A DNA stretch of 64,000 nt from the NCBI RefSeq assembly GCF_964188315.1, contig NC_135656.1, positions 33,666,001 through 33,730,000 of the forward strand. The letters run 5' to 3'. Under the pieces are notes generated by a model. That model saw only the letters and a program-made list of their open reading frames with translations, was not told the DNA's origin and made no database searches. Within the stretch, counting starts at the first letter, position 1; every line of letters begins with the position of its first letter. This document shows, piece by piece, positions 9,151 through 21,900 of this stretch. The position numbers and the translations under genes are program-made. The stretch comes from Podarcis muralis (taxonomy: Eukaryota).

Positions 9151-11059
9151 CTCCTATATGGGGAGAGAGAAAAGTTCATGCAATTGCTTGTGGGTGCATC
9201 TCTCTCCATCCATGGGAGTAGCCAGGATTTATGTTGTGGGGGTGGGTGGCAGGACACCCACCTGTCATCATCCTCTGGCTGGCTCTGTCTAGCAGATTTG
9301 GAATGAAAGGTCCCAACAACCGTTGCTTTAAATTGCTTTCTTTTGACCCCAAGTGCTCAGGGGAAAAAAATCTGTCAAAATCTTCCTGCAGTTTCTACTT
9401 TAAGTATTTTTATTGACTTTATGGGGGGAGGGGCAGCTGCATAGTGTACTGGTGGAGTAAAAAGCCTCTGAAGTAAAGCGGAAGCTGGTAGTTTCCAGTC
9501 TTTTTTGAGGATGAAACACAGCCTTGTAAATAAGGCCACAAAAATTACTAACCTACAGATGTTCTTATTAACCTACTAAGAGGCTAGTGATGTGCTTTTC
9601 CAGGCTGGCTGTGGAGGAGGGGCAGCCCCTCCTATTAGCAGACTAATAATATGCAGAATGGTGAAGAAAGGATGGAGTGATTCATCTCCACTATGCTAGC
9701 TTGCTACGTTTCTTTGCTGATTGTGAAGGAAACATTCTTACTTCCTCTTTTGTTAGTATGGAAACCAAGTAGGCTATCAATTCCCCTTCCCCACCCATTC
9801 ACATGTCTTTATAGAAGTCCTGCTCACCTATGGCCTCTAGGCTAGTGCGCAAAAATACAAGAGTGGTATTTCCCCCCCCCCCCCAACTATCTAAGTGGAC
9901 AGTTACATCTGTGGATTTTACTTTGTCATTATATTTGAATCAGGCTTTCTGGCATGACACTCACTCCAAATATCATTCCTTAACATTTGCTTTGTCTGCG
10001 CCTTGTAGTCTCATGCTTCAAATAACTGATGGAGCAATCCTAACCCCTTGCGGGGAGCAACAGAACAGCAGCTCAACCACTGCATCCCAAGCTTTACTGC
10101 TTATAGTGACTAGAATCAAAAGTGGTGGGTGGCTTGCGGGGGGGGGGGGGAGGGGGCTATAAAAGCTCCAGGCCGGCTCAGCAGAGTGCCCAAGGATTGA
10201 GACCTGCAGGGCTTTGGAACCAGAAGATTCCAAGCTGCCAGGCCCTGCCCCAAAATGCCTCATTTCAGATCTCTCTAATGGCTTATAGTGGTAGAATCAC
10301 TGTTGGTAGCTTTCTGTTTCTCTGGGTACAGCAGCGGATGCTGGCAGGAGCTGGTGGAGGGTCCCCTCTACCTTATCCTCCTCTTCCTCCAGCAGCAGCG
10401 ATTGAAAGGGTTAGGAGTACATTCTGAGTATCTTCTGATAAGAGGCCCTCTTTATCGTATTTTCTGTTCACGGTAGTAATTGCATACATCCAATCTGAGT
10501 GGCCATAGAAAGTCCAGGTAAAACTTTCCCATGCCATGCACTAAGATGCAAACAGGAGTAGGAGCTAGGAAATTCAGGACAGAGTGGTTTCTTCAACAAA
10601 GAGCCCAGCCTCAGCCAAAGAAGGGGACTTGTGAGCAAATGATCAGGGGTAAGAAAGCAGGGCCTTGGAAATCCTTGCTTTTTGTATTCAGGCACATGCA
10701 GTGCCTTCCATGGTACTTACACTTTGCCTGTAACTTTCTCTGGTTCTCTTTTTGGTTCAGTGGAATTGCTAATGTGTTAGATAAGAATCTTAGTGCCAAC
10801 TCATACAATACAGTATGGGTCCCCCCCATGTAAACATTTAGAAATTTTCCAGCACACACACTTGCATGAAGAAACTCATCACGTGGGGTAGCATGTTATG
10901 GATGGTGTTTTCCTCATTGTTGTAAAAGGTCTGTGTAGACTGCGAGGCTTTCCTGCCTATTTAAGCCTTGCTCCAGTAGCATGCTATAATTCTGTTTGGG
11001 TGGAGATTTTATTAGGGCCAATAAAAATGCCACAAAAAGTAAGCTTTCAAGTTCTGTTG

Positions 11060-11545
11060 CAGCTGCATTTGGAATAGCATGTACAGTTTGGGTTGCCTCA
11101 CCACTTTAACAATATTGTGGAGTTGGAAAAGGTTCAGAAAAGGGCAACCAAAATGATGAAGGGGATGGAGCACCTCTCATATGAGGAAAGGTTGAAGCAT
11201 TCAGGGCTTTTTAGTTTAGAGCAAAGGTAAGAGACAACATGATAGGAGTTCTCCATGTCATACATAATTTTATATACCGTATTTTTCACTCTATTGGACA
11301 CAGTTTTCCCCCTCCAAAAATTGAGGGGGAAATTTTTGCGCCCTATGGTGCGAAAAATACGGTACTTCTAACACTAGAATTTGTGGACATCTACTGAAGC
11401 TGAATATTGGAGGATTCAGGACAGAGAAAAGAAAGTTACTCTCTACACAGCACATAGTATAGAATTCACTCCCACAGAAGGCACTGATGGCCCCCAACTT
11501 GGGTGGCTTTAAAAAAGGTTAAACAAATTCATGGAGGATAAGGCT
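11060..11545 (+). mobile_element. CR1 LINE 3' fragment interrupted by an 86-bp MITE
   Basis: Typical CR1 3' ORF2/UTR sequence (ttggaaaaggttcagaaaagggcaaccaaaatgat...gaggaaaggttgaag). Confidence 0.75.
11277..11362. mobile_element. Minimal Tc1/mariner-type MITE (86 bp)
   Basis: TIR CCGTATTTTTC(A/G)C...CGAAAAATACGG with TA on both sides. Confidence 0.8.
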
Positions 11546-11702
11546 GCCAGAAAGTTCTGAACCCCTATAACACAGCTTTCACCAATCTGGTGCTGTCCAA
11601 ATATTTAGGCTATAACTCCCAGTACAAAATTTATGGAAGGCACCAGACTTAGTAGGCTTCCTTTCAACTAAGTCCCAGTTGGTTCAGTTGCACTTTCAAA
11701 TA

Positions 11703-12261
11703 CCGTATTTTTTGCTCTATAAGACTCACTTAAAGGTAAAGGTAAAGGTACCCCTGCCCGTACGGGCCAGTCTTGACAGACTCTAGGGTTGTGCGCTCAT
11801 CTCACTCTATAGGCCGGGAGCCAGTGCTGTCCGGAGACACTTCCGGGTCACGTGGCCAGCGTGACATCGCTGCTCTGGCGAGCCAGAGCCGCACACGGAA
11901 ACACCGTTTACCTTCCCGCTAGTAAGCGGTCCCTATTTATCTACTTGCACCCGGGGGTGCTTTCGAACTGCTAGGTTGGCAGGCGCTGGGACCGAACGAC
12001 AGGAGCGCACCCCGCCGCAGGGATTCGAACCGCCGACCTTTCGATCGGCAAGTCCTAGGTGTGTGCGTCTTATGGAGCGAATGCAGGCTGGGCAGCTATC
12101 ACAGAAGCCAGAACAGCAAGAGGGATTGTTGCTTTCACTGCACAGCGATCCCTCTTGCTGTTCTGGCTTCTGAGATTCAGAATATTTTTTTTCTTGTTTT
12201 CCTCCTCCAAAAACTAGATGCGTCTTGTGGTCTGGTGCGTCTTATAGAGCGAAAAATACGG
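11703..12261. mobile_element. Tc1/mariner-type (Tc2/pogo-like) MITE containing a nested Sauria SINE
   Basis: TIRs CCGTATTTTTTGCTCTATAAGAC / GTCTTATAGAGCGAAAAATACGG, TA flanks. Confidence 0.85.
11731..12059 (-). mobile_element. Sauria SINE, 5'-truncated
   Basis: (ACCTTT)n tail and Pol III B box GGTTCGAATCC on the minus strand; closely similar to the copy at 31540. Confidence 0.92.
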
Positions 12262-12848
12262 TAACTATGCATATGATTGTAACTGTAGCCTTCAAGTAAA
12301 ACATCTAACAATTATATTTAATTGTTAGCAACCAATTGTCATGAATGCTTGTTCAGGAAATGTGTAAATTGTAAAGTAAGTGACTTAATTTAAATAAAAT
12401 ATCTTAAATCTATTTTCCCCTTAGTGATTATAATCCATTCATTCTAAATGGAATTCCTTAAAGTGTGTTACTATATCATCTGGCTAGATTATATACTTTT
12501 AGAGTGACAGGAGAACCTTAGTTTTGATCCTTGTTTTTGATGTGGCTGGTATTTCACTAGATTCTCTAAAAGGATTATGGCCTTTAGTGAGAATTATGCA
12601 ATTTGCAATGCAAGTGAAGAATTCTGATTTCAAATTCAAACTAGCTGATTTGGGGGAATCTGTTTACTTTTCTTTCCCGAGAAGGTAGGCAGCAATACTA
12701 CTAGACTTGCATTAATGCACAGTGATGAACTGCAGTTACCGCTTGCTTTGTTGACTCCTGTAAACAGCTGATAAAATTTCTTTCAGGTTAACAGTGGTTG
12801 GATCAAAAGGAACTGACATCTCTCTCGGACTGTTCCATCAGCTTCAAC

Positions 12849-12893
12849 ATGGCTGGAGGTATTACTGATACAGGAGAGCTGTACTCGCCTTAC
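12849..12893 (+). CDS. TMEM104: TMEM104 first coding exon
   Basis: aacATGG Kozak context; MAGGITDTGELYSPY|gtgagt. Confidence 0.93.
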
Positions 12894-13255
12894 GTGAGTA
12901 TTTAACATTACTACAGTCTCTTGCTGGAGACAAGCAGCACAGTTATGCTCTGTATTTCCTGCTCCTGTTTCTTCATGGTTCCCCCCGCCCCGCCCCCCAC
13001 GTTCTTGTATTGATTTTAAATTGTGATAGGCATTTTATACTTGTGTTACAATACATTTGGAAAAAACTCAGGAAACTTTTCTAATACAAGGGCTTGCTTG
13101 CTCTTTTCACCCACACATGCTGTAAAAGACTTGCGTTTTTAAACATGCTTTAATGCTTAGCAAACCTTGCCAAATACCCTCTATTGAGTCTCTAGTGAAT
13201 ATTCAAAGTATGTAATTGCACTAAAGCTGCATCAGCGAATAAGGTTGCTTCCTTC

Positions 13256-13289
<34 letters not shown>

Positions 13290-16200
13290 TTATTATTTGT
13301 ACCCCGCCCATCTGGCTGGGTTTCCCCAGCCACTCTGGGCGGCTTCCATAGAAACAAAAAAAACACTAAAATATCACACATTAAAAACTTCCCTGAACAG
13401 GGCTGCCTTAAGATGTCTTCTGAATATCAGGTAGTTGTATATCGCTTTGAAATCTGATGGGAGGGCGTTCCACAGGGCGGGCGCCACTACTGAGAAGGCC
13501 CTCTGCCTGGTTCCCTGTAGCTTTGCTTCTCGCAATGAGGGAACCGCCAGAAGGCCCTCGGCGCTGGACCTCAGCGTCCGGGCAGAACGGTGGGGGTGGA
13601 GACGCTGCTTCGGGTATACTGGGCCGAGGTAGCCCCACGTAGAGTGCATTGCAGTAGTCCAAGCGGGAGATAACTAGAGCATGCACCACTCTGGCGAGAC
13701 AGTCTGCGGGCAGGTAGGGTCTCAGCCTGCGTACCAGGTGGAGTTGGTAGACAGCTGCCCTGGATACAGAATTGACCTGCGCCTCCATGGACAGCTGTGA
13801 GTCCAAAATGACTCCCAGGCTGCGCACCTGGTCCTTCAGGGGCACAGTTACCCTATTCAGGACCAGGGAGTCCTCCACACCAGCCCGCCCCCTGTCCCCC
13901 AAAAATAGTACTTCTGCCTTGTCAGGATTCAACTTTAATCCATTAGCCGCCATCCATCCTCCAACCGCCTCCAGGCACTCCACACAGGACCTTCACCGCC
14001 TTCACTGGTTCTGATTTGAAAGAGAGGTAGAGCTGGGTATTATCTGCATATTGATGGACACCCATATGTTAGATTATGATAGGTATAATACTAACAAGAG
14101 GGAAAAGAATCCCAAATATCAGAGGCAAGAGGAACTAAGTAATTTGGGTAGTGGATAGACTAGCCAGAAATTAGATGTGGTGAATTTTATCCCATGCTGT
14201 CCTTCCAGTCATGGAAGTCTCTTTGATCCAGCAGAGGATTCCATGAACAGTTGGAGGTGATTTTCATTAGTTCCACTTTTGTTCTACTATCACCTTCATA
14301 CCCTCCCCATCTATTTTTTTAAAAAATATTTTTTATTGAAGAATTTCTTGGTTTATAAAAGTACGCACATTGTTTCTTTTTTCAACTTCTAAAGTCCTTT
14401 CTACAGATCAGTTATATTTGACATGAGACATTAGTGTTGTATACAGTATAAGGTTGGGGGAAGAAGAGGGGGAGGGCCCCCTCCCCATCTTTTCTAGGGA
14501 ATTGGAGAATCCTCTGACACAGTATGGTGAAGAAAGGAGAAATTTGCAAAAATCACCTCCCTTTTTTGTCTGCAGATGCCTGTATGGGAACAAAGAACCT
14601 TCCATGTAAAGAAGGACAGCATTGGTTACAACTTGGCACCTTCAAAGCAGTTTTCAAACTTGTGCCATTTAGTGATGTAGTTGTGCAAAGTTACACCAGG
14701 CTGTTCTTCTGTGAAGCTGAACAGGTGTTATCCTGTAATTTCACTTAATGGAAGGCTATCTGGAAGCCATATGTAAAAGGCTCTTCAGGGAAGAGCAGTG
14801 CGCTAAATACTAAATACATGATTATACTTTTCTGGTTGTGAAGTCTTTAGGGCAGTGACACATTCTCTTACAGTCTAGACCGCTTCATGGAACAATAAAA
14901 AGACATGTGCACTAACAATGTGCACAAGATTCCTGGGTGCATGTTTACATCAGTCAGTGCAGAGGCATTCTGCAACACGGGACAAAGCTTTTTAAAATTT
15001 GTGTGGCTTTCTTAAATGGCTGATAGGCTGTACTTGCGCCAATGGGTTCTGTTCTGTTTCCATAGTTGGAATTCTTGTTGCTGCCATCTTGCAGCAACAA
15101 GTGGTTAAAACATCAGGAAAGTATTTTTTTTATATAAAAATTGAGATGAACAAGGAGGCTTTGAAAGCAGTGCACATACATACACAAGAGTTGAGAGTTG
15201 TTGAAGCTGCATCTTATGATGCCCTTTTATGGCATACCAGTGGACTCTGTCCTCCTTCCTAATATATAACCCATCACATCTCTCTGTCAAAGCTATCCTC
15301 TTGAGTGGTGGTTTTCTGATTGCAAGTGATTTTTGAGAAGACATTAATCGGATAGTGATGTGTGCTGGTACATTTAGTCCAAGGAAGATTGATCTGAATC
15401 TTCAAGGGGAAAAATAGACTCCCAAGATGTTAAATTACCAAGTACCTTACAGATTGAAAATTATAGCATTGCAGAAATCTTCAGGCTGTTGAGCATAAAA
15501 ATGGTACTTGTCTCATTTTTGGAGGGCCCGAAATATGATTCTACCAGTATCTGAAATAAATCTTCCCTCCCTATACTGTTCTTTTTAATCAGAGTCAAAG
15601 AAAACCTCCAAGGTTTCTGTCCTCAAAGGCTTCGTGTGCAGAACCAATTAAGGCCTAGAGCCAGGAGGTGGTGTATGCAGGGAATGACAGTTCTGCCCAA
15701 CGAGTTAAAAAAATTGCTTTGCAAACTGACATCTACTGTTTCATCCTCTGGGAAAGCAGTCAAAAGATGCATTTGCTGTTCAGATGCCAGTAAGTACAGG
15801 AGGACCTTGTTCTCTCAAAGAGAAGTGAATGGCTATGCATAAAAGGTCTCTGAAGGATGCATTTGTAGTTCAGAACTTCTGCCATGAGCATTTGGTTTAT
15901 AAACTGTATACATTCCCTGTTGTTAAGGTAATTTTATTTATGGCTACTCTTGGTTTAAAAATTGTGTGTTTGACAGTGGACGTGAATTCCAGGTAGATGG
16001 TTGTCTTCTGATAATGGGCATTCCAGTAATTTTAATAAGGTGAAGGTAGCCATCAGTGGTGCTCTTTCTCTCATCCTCCTTGCACTACTTTCTTGCACTT
16101 CAAGTCTAATGGATACTGTATCTTACATGACACATGATTTTAATAAGTTTAAATTATTTTCCTGCTAGTGCCCAGGGCTCATAGGAAGCAGCTGTATACT

Positions 16201-18961
16201 GAGTGTCACCATTAGTTCATCTGCTTCGGTGTTGTCTGAATTGGCTAGTAGTTGCTCTCCAGGGGTTCAAGAAGAAATCTTTCCCAGCTCTACTTGGAGA
16301 TGCTAGGGTTTGAATCTGGAGTCTTTTACATTCAGATATTGTCATCTGTCACTGAGCTGCCACCTTAATTACCCATTGTGGTTCTGACTTACCAAATCTA
16401 CTCATACATGAGTTCTTCATGCTACGTTTTAATACAGAACTGTTTTAGTTATGAGGGCACTGCCCCCCAAATAGTAATGAATCTTGTTTTTGCTGCAGAT
16501 AGAGCCAGTGTTGAACCTACAGGATAAAGCAGATTATAAATAGAAATTGTGGAAGCTGAACCCCTTGAGGTAGTTCCATTTTAGCACTTTGTGCTGTGGG
16601 GAGGCAAGTAGGTTTTTACTAAACAAAAGAGCAAATCTCTTTTGCTGTTATTATTAATGTAATATTCTTCAATAAACAAGAATAATGCCTGGTCTTAGCC
16701 TGCCATTTAAATGTAAGAACTGAGGCAGGAACTAATTCAGAATAGCTCTTCTTAAGGGTTGATTTTACTGTCAACAAGCTTGTCATGCAGATATTCCCAT
16801 TCGTTAACAAGATTCCTCTGGTGTCCCAATAAGGGAAAATTTCCTTCTGCTTCACTGCTAAATATACTTGGGAGGAAAATTACTTGTCAGACTCCTGTTT
16901 GGCTAATAGTTGGCAAGCTGTGGAATGCTCCTTTAATACCTCACATCCTATATTGCCTCCTCATGGGTGAAGTTGAGTAACTGTACCACCCTTCCCCCTA
17001 TAAAAAAACCTCAGCCTCTCTGCAACACCTTTAGTTTCAGAGAATCTTTCCTTTGGAGTTAGAAACATGGCAAGTGAGAGAACTGCATAACTTGAGTAAA
17101 CATGATGTTTTGAGGCTATGTCCTTTCACCAGTATGTCTGGTCTTTCTGCTTAACTCTTGCTATGTGGAGAAGGAGGTTTTATCTGTAATCTCCCTCATC
17201 CTGAAGGCTTAGGTTGGGAAAACAAGAAATAAACTATTGGGCTATTGGAAAGTTGTGGTTTGCATAGGTTTTTTGTTGTTGTTGTTTAAACCCAGCTGTT
17301 AATATTTCTAAGGCCAAACATTAAACACTGCCTAACTGTGTAAGTATGAGCTAAAAAGCATTTCTTTACTGAGACGATAATATTTTCTATAAAACTGCAC
17401 CATCATAGTAGCCGTGTTGGTTTGGATTGTCTATGGAGGCTGCTGCTTTCTGTCCATTTTGGGATTGCTAGCCAAAGAGTCTTTTTTAACAACTAAAAGT
17501 CACATGATTTTAACATTTATGATTTCTTTAATTGCAGGTTGGCCTGGTTTACATGTTCAATCTCATAGTTGGGACTGGAGCTCTGACTATGCCAAAGGCC
17601 TTTGCCACTGCTGGTTGGCTTGTCAGCCTCATCCTAATAATGTTCTTGGGATTCATGAGGTAAGAGTTTTCTGAATGTCAATTTCCATTAACAATCTACT
17701 GGGAACTTGTAAATCCCAAACGTGTCACTTGTATCTAAGTAATACAATCCATTTGTCACCCAGCCATTGTGATTTCAATAAGAAAGTTGTGCCTTGGCCT
17801 TGAGGGAGTGTTTTACAGAAGGCAGATCAGACAGTATTCTTACCAAGTTCCTTCCCCCACATGTGCTGAAGAGTAAGAATGCACTTTCCTCCCTGCCCAT
17901 TTGGCACATCAGCCCTTGCCTCCATTGCCACCTTACATCCATACATAGGTGTTCTAATATGGGGTGCATTTGCTCGAGTTCTGTGGTCAGAGATTGGACA
18001 TTTATTGCACATTCTGAGCCCACACATGTTGCACGTTAAATGTGAACACCCTGTTTGAACGTTATGTACAATAACATCAGAGGCAAGACAGGTGATGCTT
18101 GGATGGACAGGGAGCAGAACTTGCTCTAGCTTCCTGCCACGTGTAGAATAGCAATCTGGGTACAGTCTGAATTTTATCCAATGAGGCCTAGCATCTGTCT
18201 CATGGATACCAGAAATTACTGGATACCTGCCCATCTTAAGATGGTAGGAAAGAGAGTTCTCTCTTCCTTCTATCCCATTTCTGAGTTTTCTGTCTGTGGC
18301 CAAGTCAAAAGGACTTTGCTCTTTTACGTTTCCTCACACTTGATGTTGTTATCTCTCATGGATTGTCTTTTGCTCCTTAGAGGAATTATGTTTGTTAATA
18401 GTAGTGAAAAGCTGATGAAACTTTAACATTGCAAAAGTCAAACCTCATCAAAACAACTTTGGTTGTAGAATAGGAGGTTAACAGGGACTACTGCCAGGCT
18501 TGCTCCTTGGCATCTTCCTCCCAGGCGTCATAGGAGCATGATTTATTCAGTAGCTGGATGATCTGAAATGGGTTGCTAGGTATCTTGAGCACAATTGGAA
18601 AAAAGATTTGTGAATCTGACCAAGCACAATATAGAGGCCAGTTGCAGACTTTTGAGGTGGTGGTGAGGGTATTTCTGCCTCCTTACCACTATTGGGTGAG
18701 CTGAATTGTGTCTAGCTAAGCTTTCCTTGGTTTTTTTTGGTTTTTTGATTGGTTTAGGTTATTAAATTCAGGCTCCTGGGCAGGAGCAGCTACCCTGGTG
18801 TGCAGAAAACTTGTTTGCTATGTCCTTTCCCTTTAGCTTCTGAGAACCAATATATAAAGCTGATTATTAGCTGATAGTGTGTAGCATATGCTCCACAATA
18901 CTAAGGTGTCATTTTTCTGATTAAATGTAAAAGCTTGCTTTAACTTTAAAAATAAAATAAA

Positions 18962-18999
<38 letters not shown>

Positions 19000-21900
19000 T
19001 CTTAATTGATAATCTACTATCCTGAATGTCAGGGATCCACAAAAGTCAGCTGATCTGTAGGGACCACAAGTCTCTCTTGGGTGACCTCCTTCTGTATGTC
19101 CAAGATTTGAGAGACCATTTCCCTCCCCTTGTGTTTCCACTGGAAAAGGGGTGCACTTACTGCAATTGGGACGCGGGTGGCGCTGTGGTCTAAACCACAG
19201 AGCCTAGGGCTTGCCGATTGGAAGGTCGGCAGTTCGAATCCCCGCGACGTGGTGAGCTCCTGTTGTTCGGTCCCAGCTCCTGCCCACCTAGCAGTTCAAA
19301 AGCACATCAAGTGCAAGTAGATAAATAGGTACCACTCCGACGGGAATGTAAATGGCGTTTCCATGCGCTGCTCTGGTTCTCCAGAAGCGGTTTAGTCATG
19401 CTGGCCACATGCCCCGGAAGCTGTCTGCAGACAAACGCTGACTCCCTCGGCCTATAGAGTGAGATGAGCACTCAAGCCCAGAGTCATCCGCTACTGGACC
19501 TAACGGTCAGGGGTACCTTTACCTGTACTGCAATTGGGAGAAACAGACTGTATCCTTCCTTTGAAATCTGACACCCAGGAAATTGCATAAGGAGGGGTCA
19601 ATCTTGCATATTTGTTACAGCCTGCTTTGGGGATGGACAGAAGAAGTGAGTTGCTCTCTAAAACTTGATGAGGAGTAAAAAAACTGACCCAGTCTCCTCT
19701 GTTGCAGAGGGATTGCTGGTGACACAACTAATGGTTATCTACCAAGGCCAACCTAAATTTTGTGGGCTTCTGATGAATGTGCCTGCTGCTTTAATTTGAT
19801 GCAGTTATTTTATGTACTTTACTGTTCCATTGTAAAAGTATTGCCTTTCAACATTGGACAGGGATACTCTCTTCCAGTGCCCTTTTACCCTGGGTTGAGA
19901 CTGGATTGCTTTCATGTTGAGACATAATCTTACAAATTGCTTAAGATCTGTGGAAGGAAAGGCATTATAAAAGTGTAAGTTCTGTTGGATGGGAAGCATA
20001 AATCCTTGCAGTACCAGTGACTGAATTGCTTCTGAGGCTTTGTAAAAGAGATTATTTCAGAACCTTGAAGCCTGCCTGTAGCATTCTCTGTCTCATGCTT
20101 TGATTTCTTTTCCAATTCATTTCTTGATGCTGTTGGGATATGGGTTGGTATGCAATTACTGTATATATTTTGTATCAGCCTTGAAATGCTGCCCACTGGT
20201 GCCAAGTCGTTTGAGAATTTTTTACCCTGATCCTTCCATTCCTCTGTTTTGCACTTCTGGCTCCCTAATATCCTCTGGAGAATGCTCAGTGTAGTAAAAG
20301 AACATAGGGGAAATTATCCAGGCCCCTGGATGTTGCTTCTGTGCTTTAATCCTAGCAAACTAATTTCTCATTCAAACTTGATAAATGAGTTTAGTTGGTG
20401 AAGCAGTAAGAAACCATTTTTGTGGTTTAAATAAGATTGATTGTAGTTTTTAGTAAAAATGAGAGCGAAACCTTAACATGGTCATCTAACTGGGGTAATG
20501 GCAATTCATTTATAAGATCAACAAAGCAAATGGTAATGGGGAATGGGGACAACTGATTGATCACTCGCTCTCAGCTATCTTCCTGGCAGCTCTTGGAAAA
20601 TGTTTTCAGTCCTTCACTTTTTAAATCTTTTAAGTGGTTCCTCTAACTCTGTCCAGCATTAGGTCTTTGAGTGCATTTGGGTACCCAAGTGATCTGTCTT
20701 TTAGACCGATATAGTTCTATCAGTATCTTATTTGTTTATTTAAAGAATTTTGCCCCACTTTGCACTATGTATCTCAAAACAGCTTGTAGAAAAAAATAAA
20801 CATACATTATGCAATGAAGCTGAATGTCGGACTATTCAGGACAGGCAGAACAATGTATTTCTCCAAACAGTGCATAGTTAAATATGGAATTCATTCTAAC
20901 AAGGGGCGGTTATGGCCACCATCTTGGATGCCTTTAAAAGATAATTAGCCTTAGCCTCCATGAATTTGTCTATCAGTTGCTACTAGCCATGATGGCTATA
21001 CTTTGCCTCCAAGGTCAGTGGAGTTGCTGGAAACCATAGGAGAGGAAAATGTTTTTGTGTGCAAGTGCTGCTTGCAGACTTCCTTAAGGCATCTGGTTGG
21101 CACTGGGAGAGCAGGATGCTGGACTAGGTGGGCCATTGGTCTGATGCAGCAGGGCTTTTCTTACGTTCTTGCCTTGTTCGGATTATTTATTGGCCCTCAT
21201 CCAGCCCACTACTGTGTCCAGGCATTGGTCCAGGTCTGCCTTTCCTGATTGAGATGCAATAGAAAAATATAGCTGGTTATCAGCATGGTAATGACACCTT
21301 GCCTCAAATTGCCTAATGACTGATCCCAATGGCTTTATATAGATGGCAAATAACGTTGGAGATAAAATAGTGTTCTGTGGAACCTCATAACAACAGTGGA
21401 ACATTCTTCCGATGCTGGTCTCTGCTTATAACCCAAATGGAAACGGAACCACTGTGGCATAGTGCTTCTGATACCCATTCCACATCATTGGCCCAGCAGG
21501 ATACCATGCTCACTGGTTTTGAAAGTCACCTATAGATCAAGTAGAAGAAGCAGGGCCACACATTCATCATGGCGACCAAAGCTTTTTAGTCCCATGCACC
21601 TTAGCTGCACCTTCCATCCAAGGCACTAAATCTCTTATAGCTACCATGTTGCACCTTATTATAGATAGCGGAATTGTCCCCCATGACTGCCCATGATCAT
21701 CCTGCTGTAATTGATGTATAGTGAGATGTCCTATGAAATGTGCTTATCCTATAATTTATTACTCCAGTTAGATTCAGTTCTGTAATTCTTGAGATTTGGG
21801 GATATAATCCACCAAGATTTGTGCAGCAGAAATTTCATTAAAATGAATGGGAGTAACATAAGAACAGAGACATGAATTTATGCAGCTCTTTTTCATTTCA

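Noticed and set aside
8453-9306. Several 100-180 aa ORFs on both strands
   Set aside because: Expected from the GC-rich CpG island; low-complexity R/P/G content with no recognisable homology.
13408-13983. 191-aa ORF as a host gene
   Set aside because: Frameshifted, deleted L2 reverse-transcriptase fragment.
19168-19260. tRNA-like sequences with A/B boxes (also at 31540 and 54760)
   Set aside because: These are the tRNA-derived heads of Sauria SINEs, not tRNA genes.
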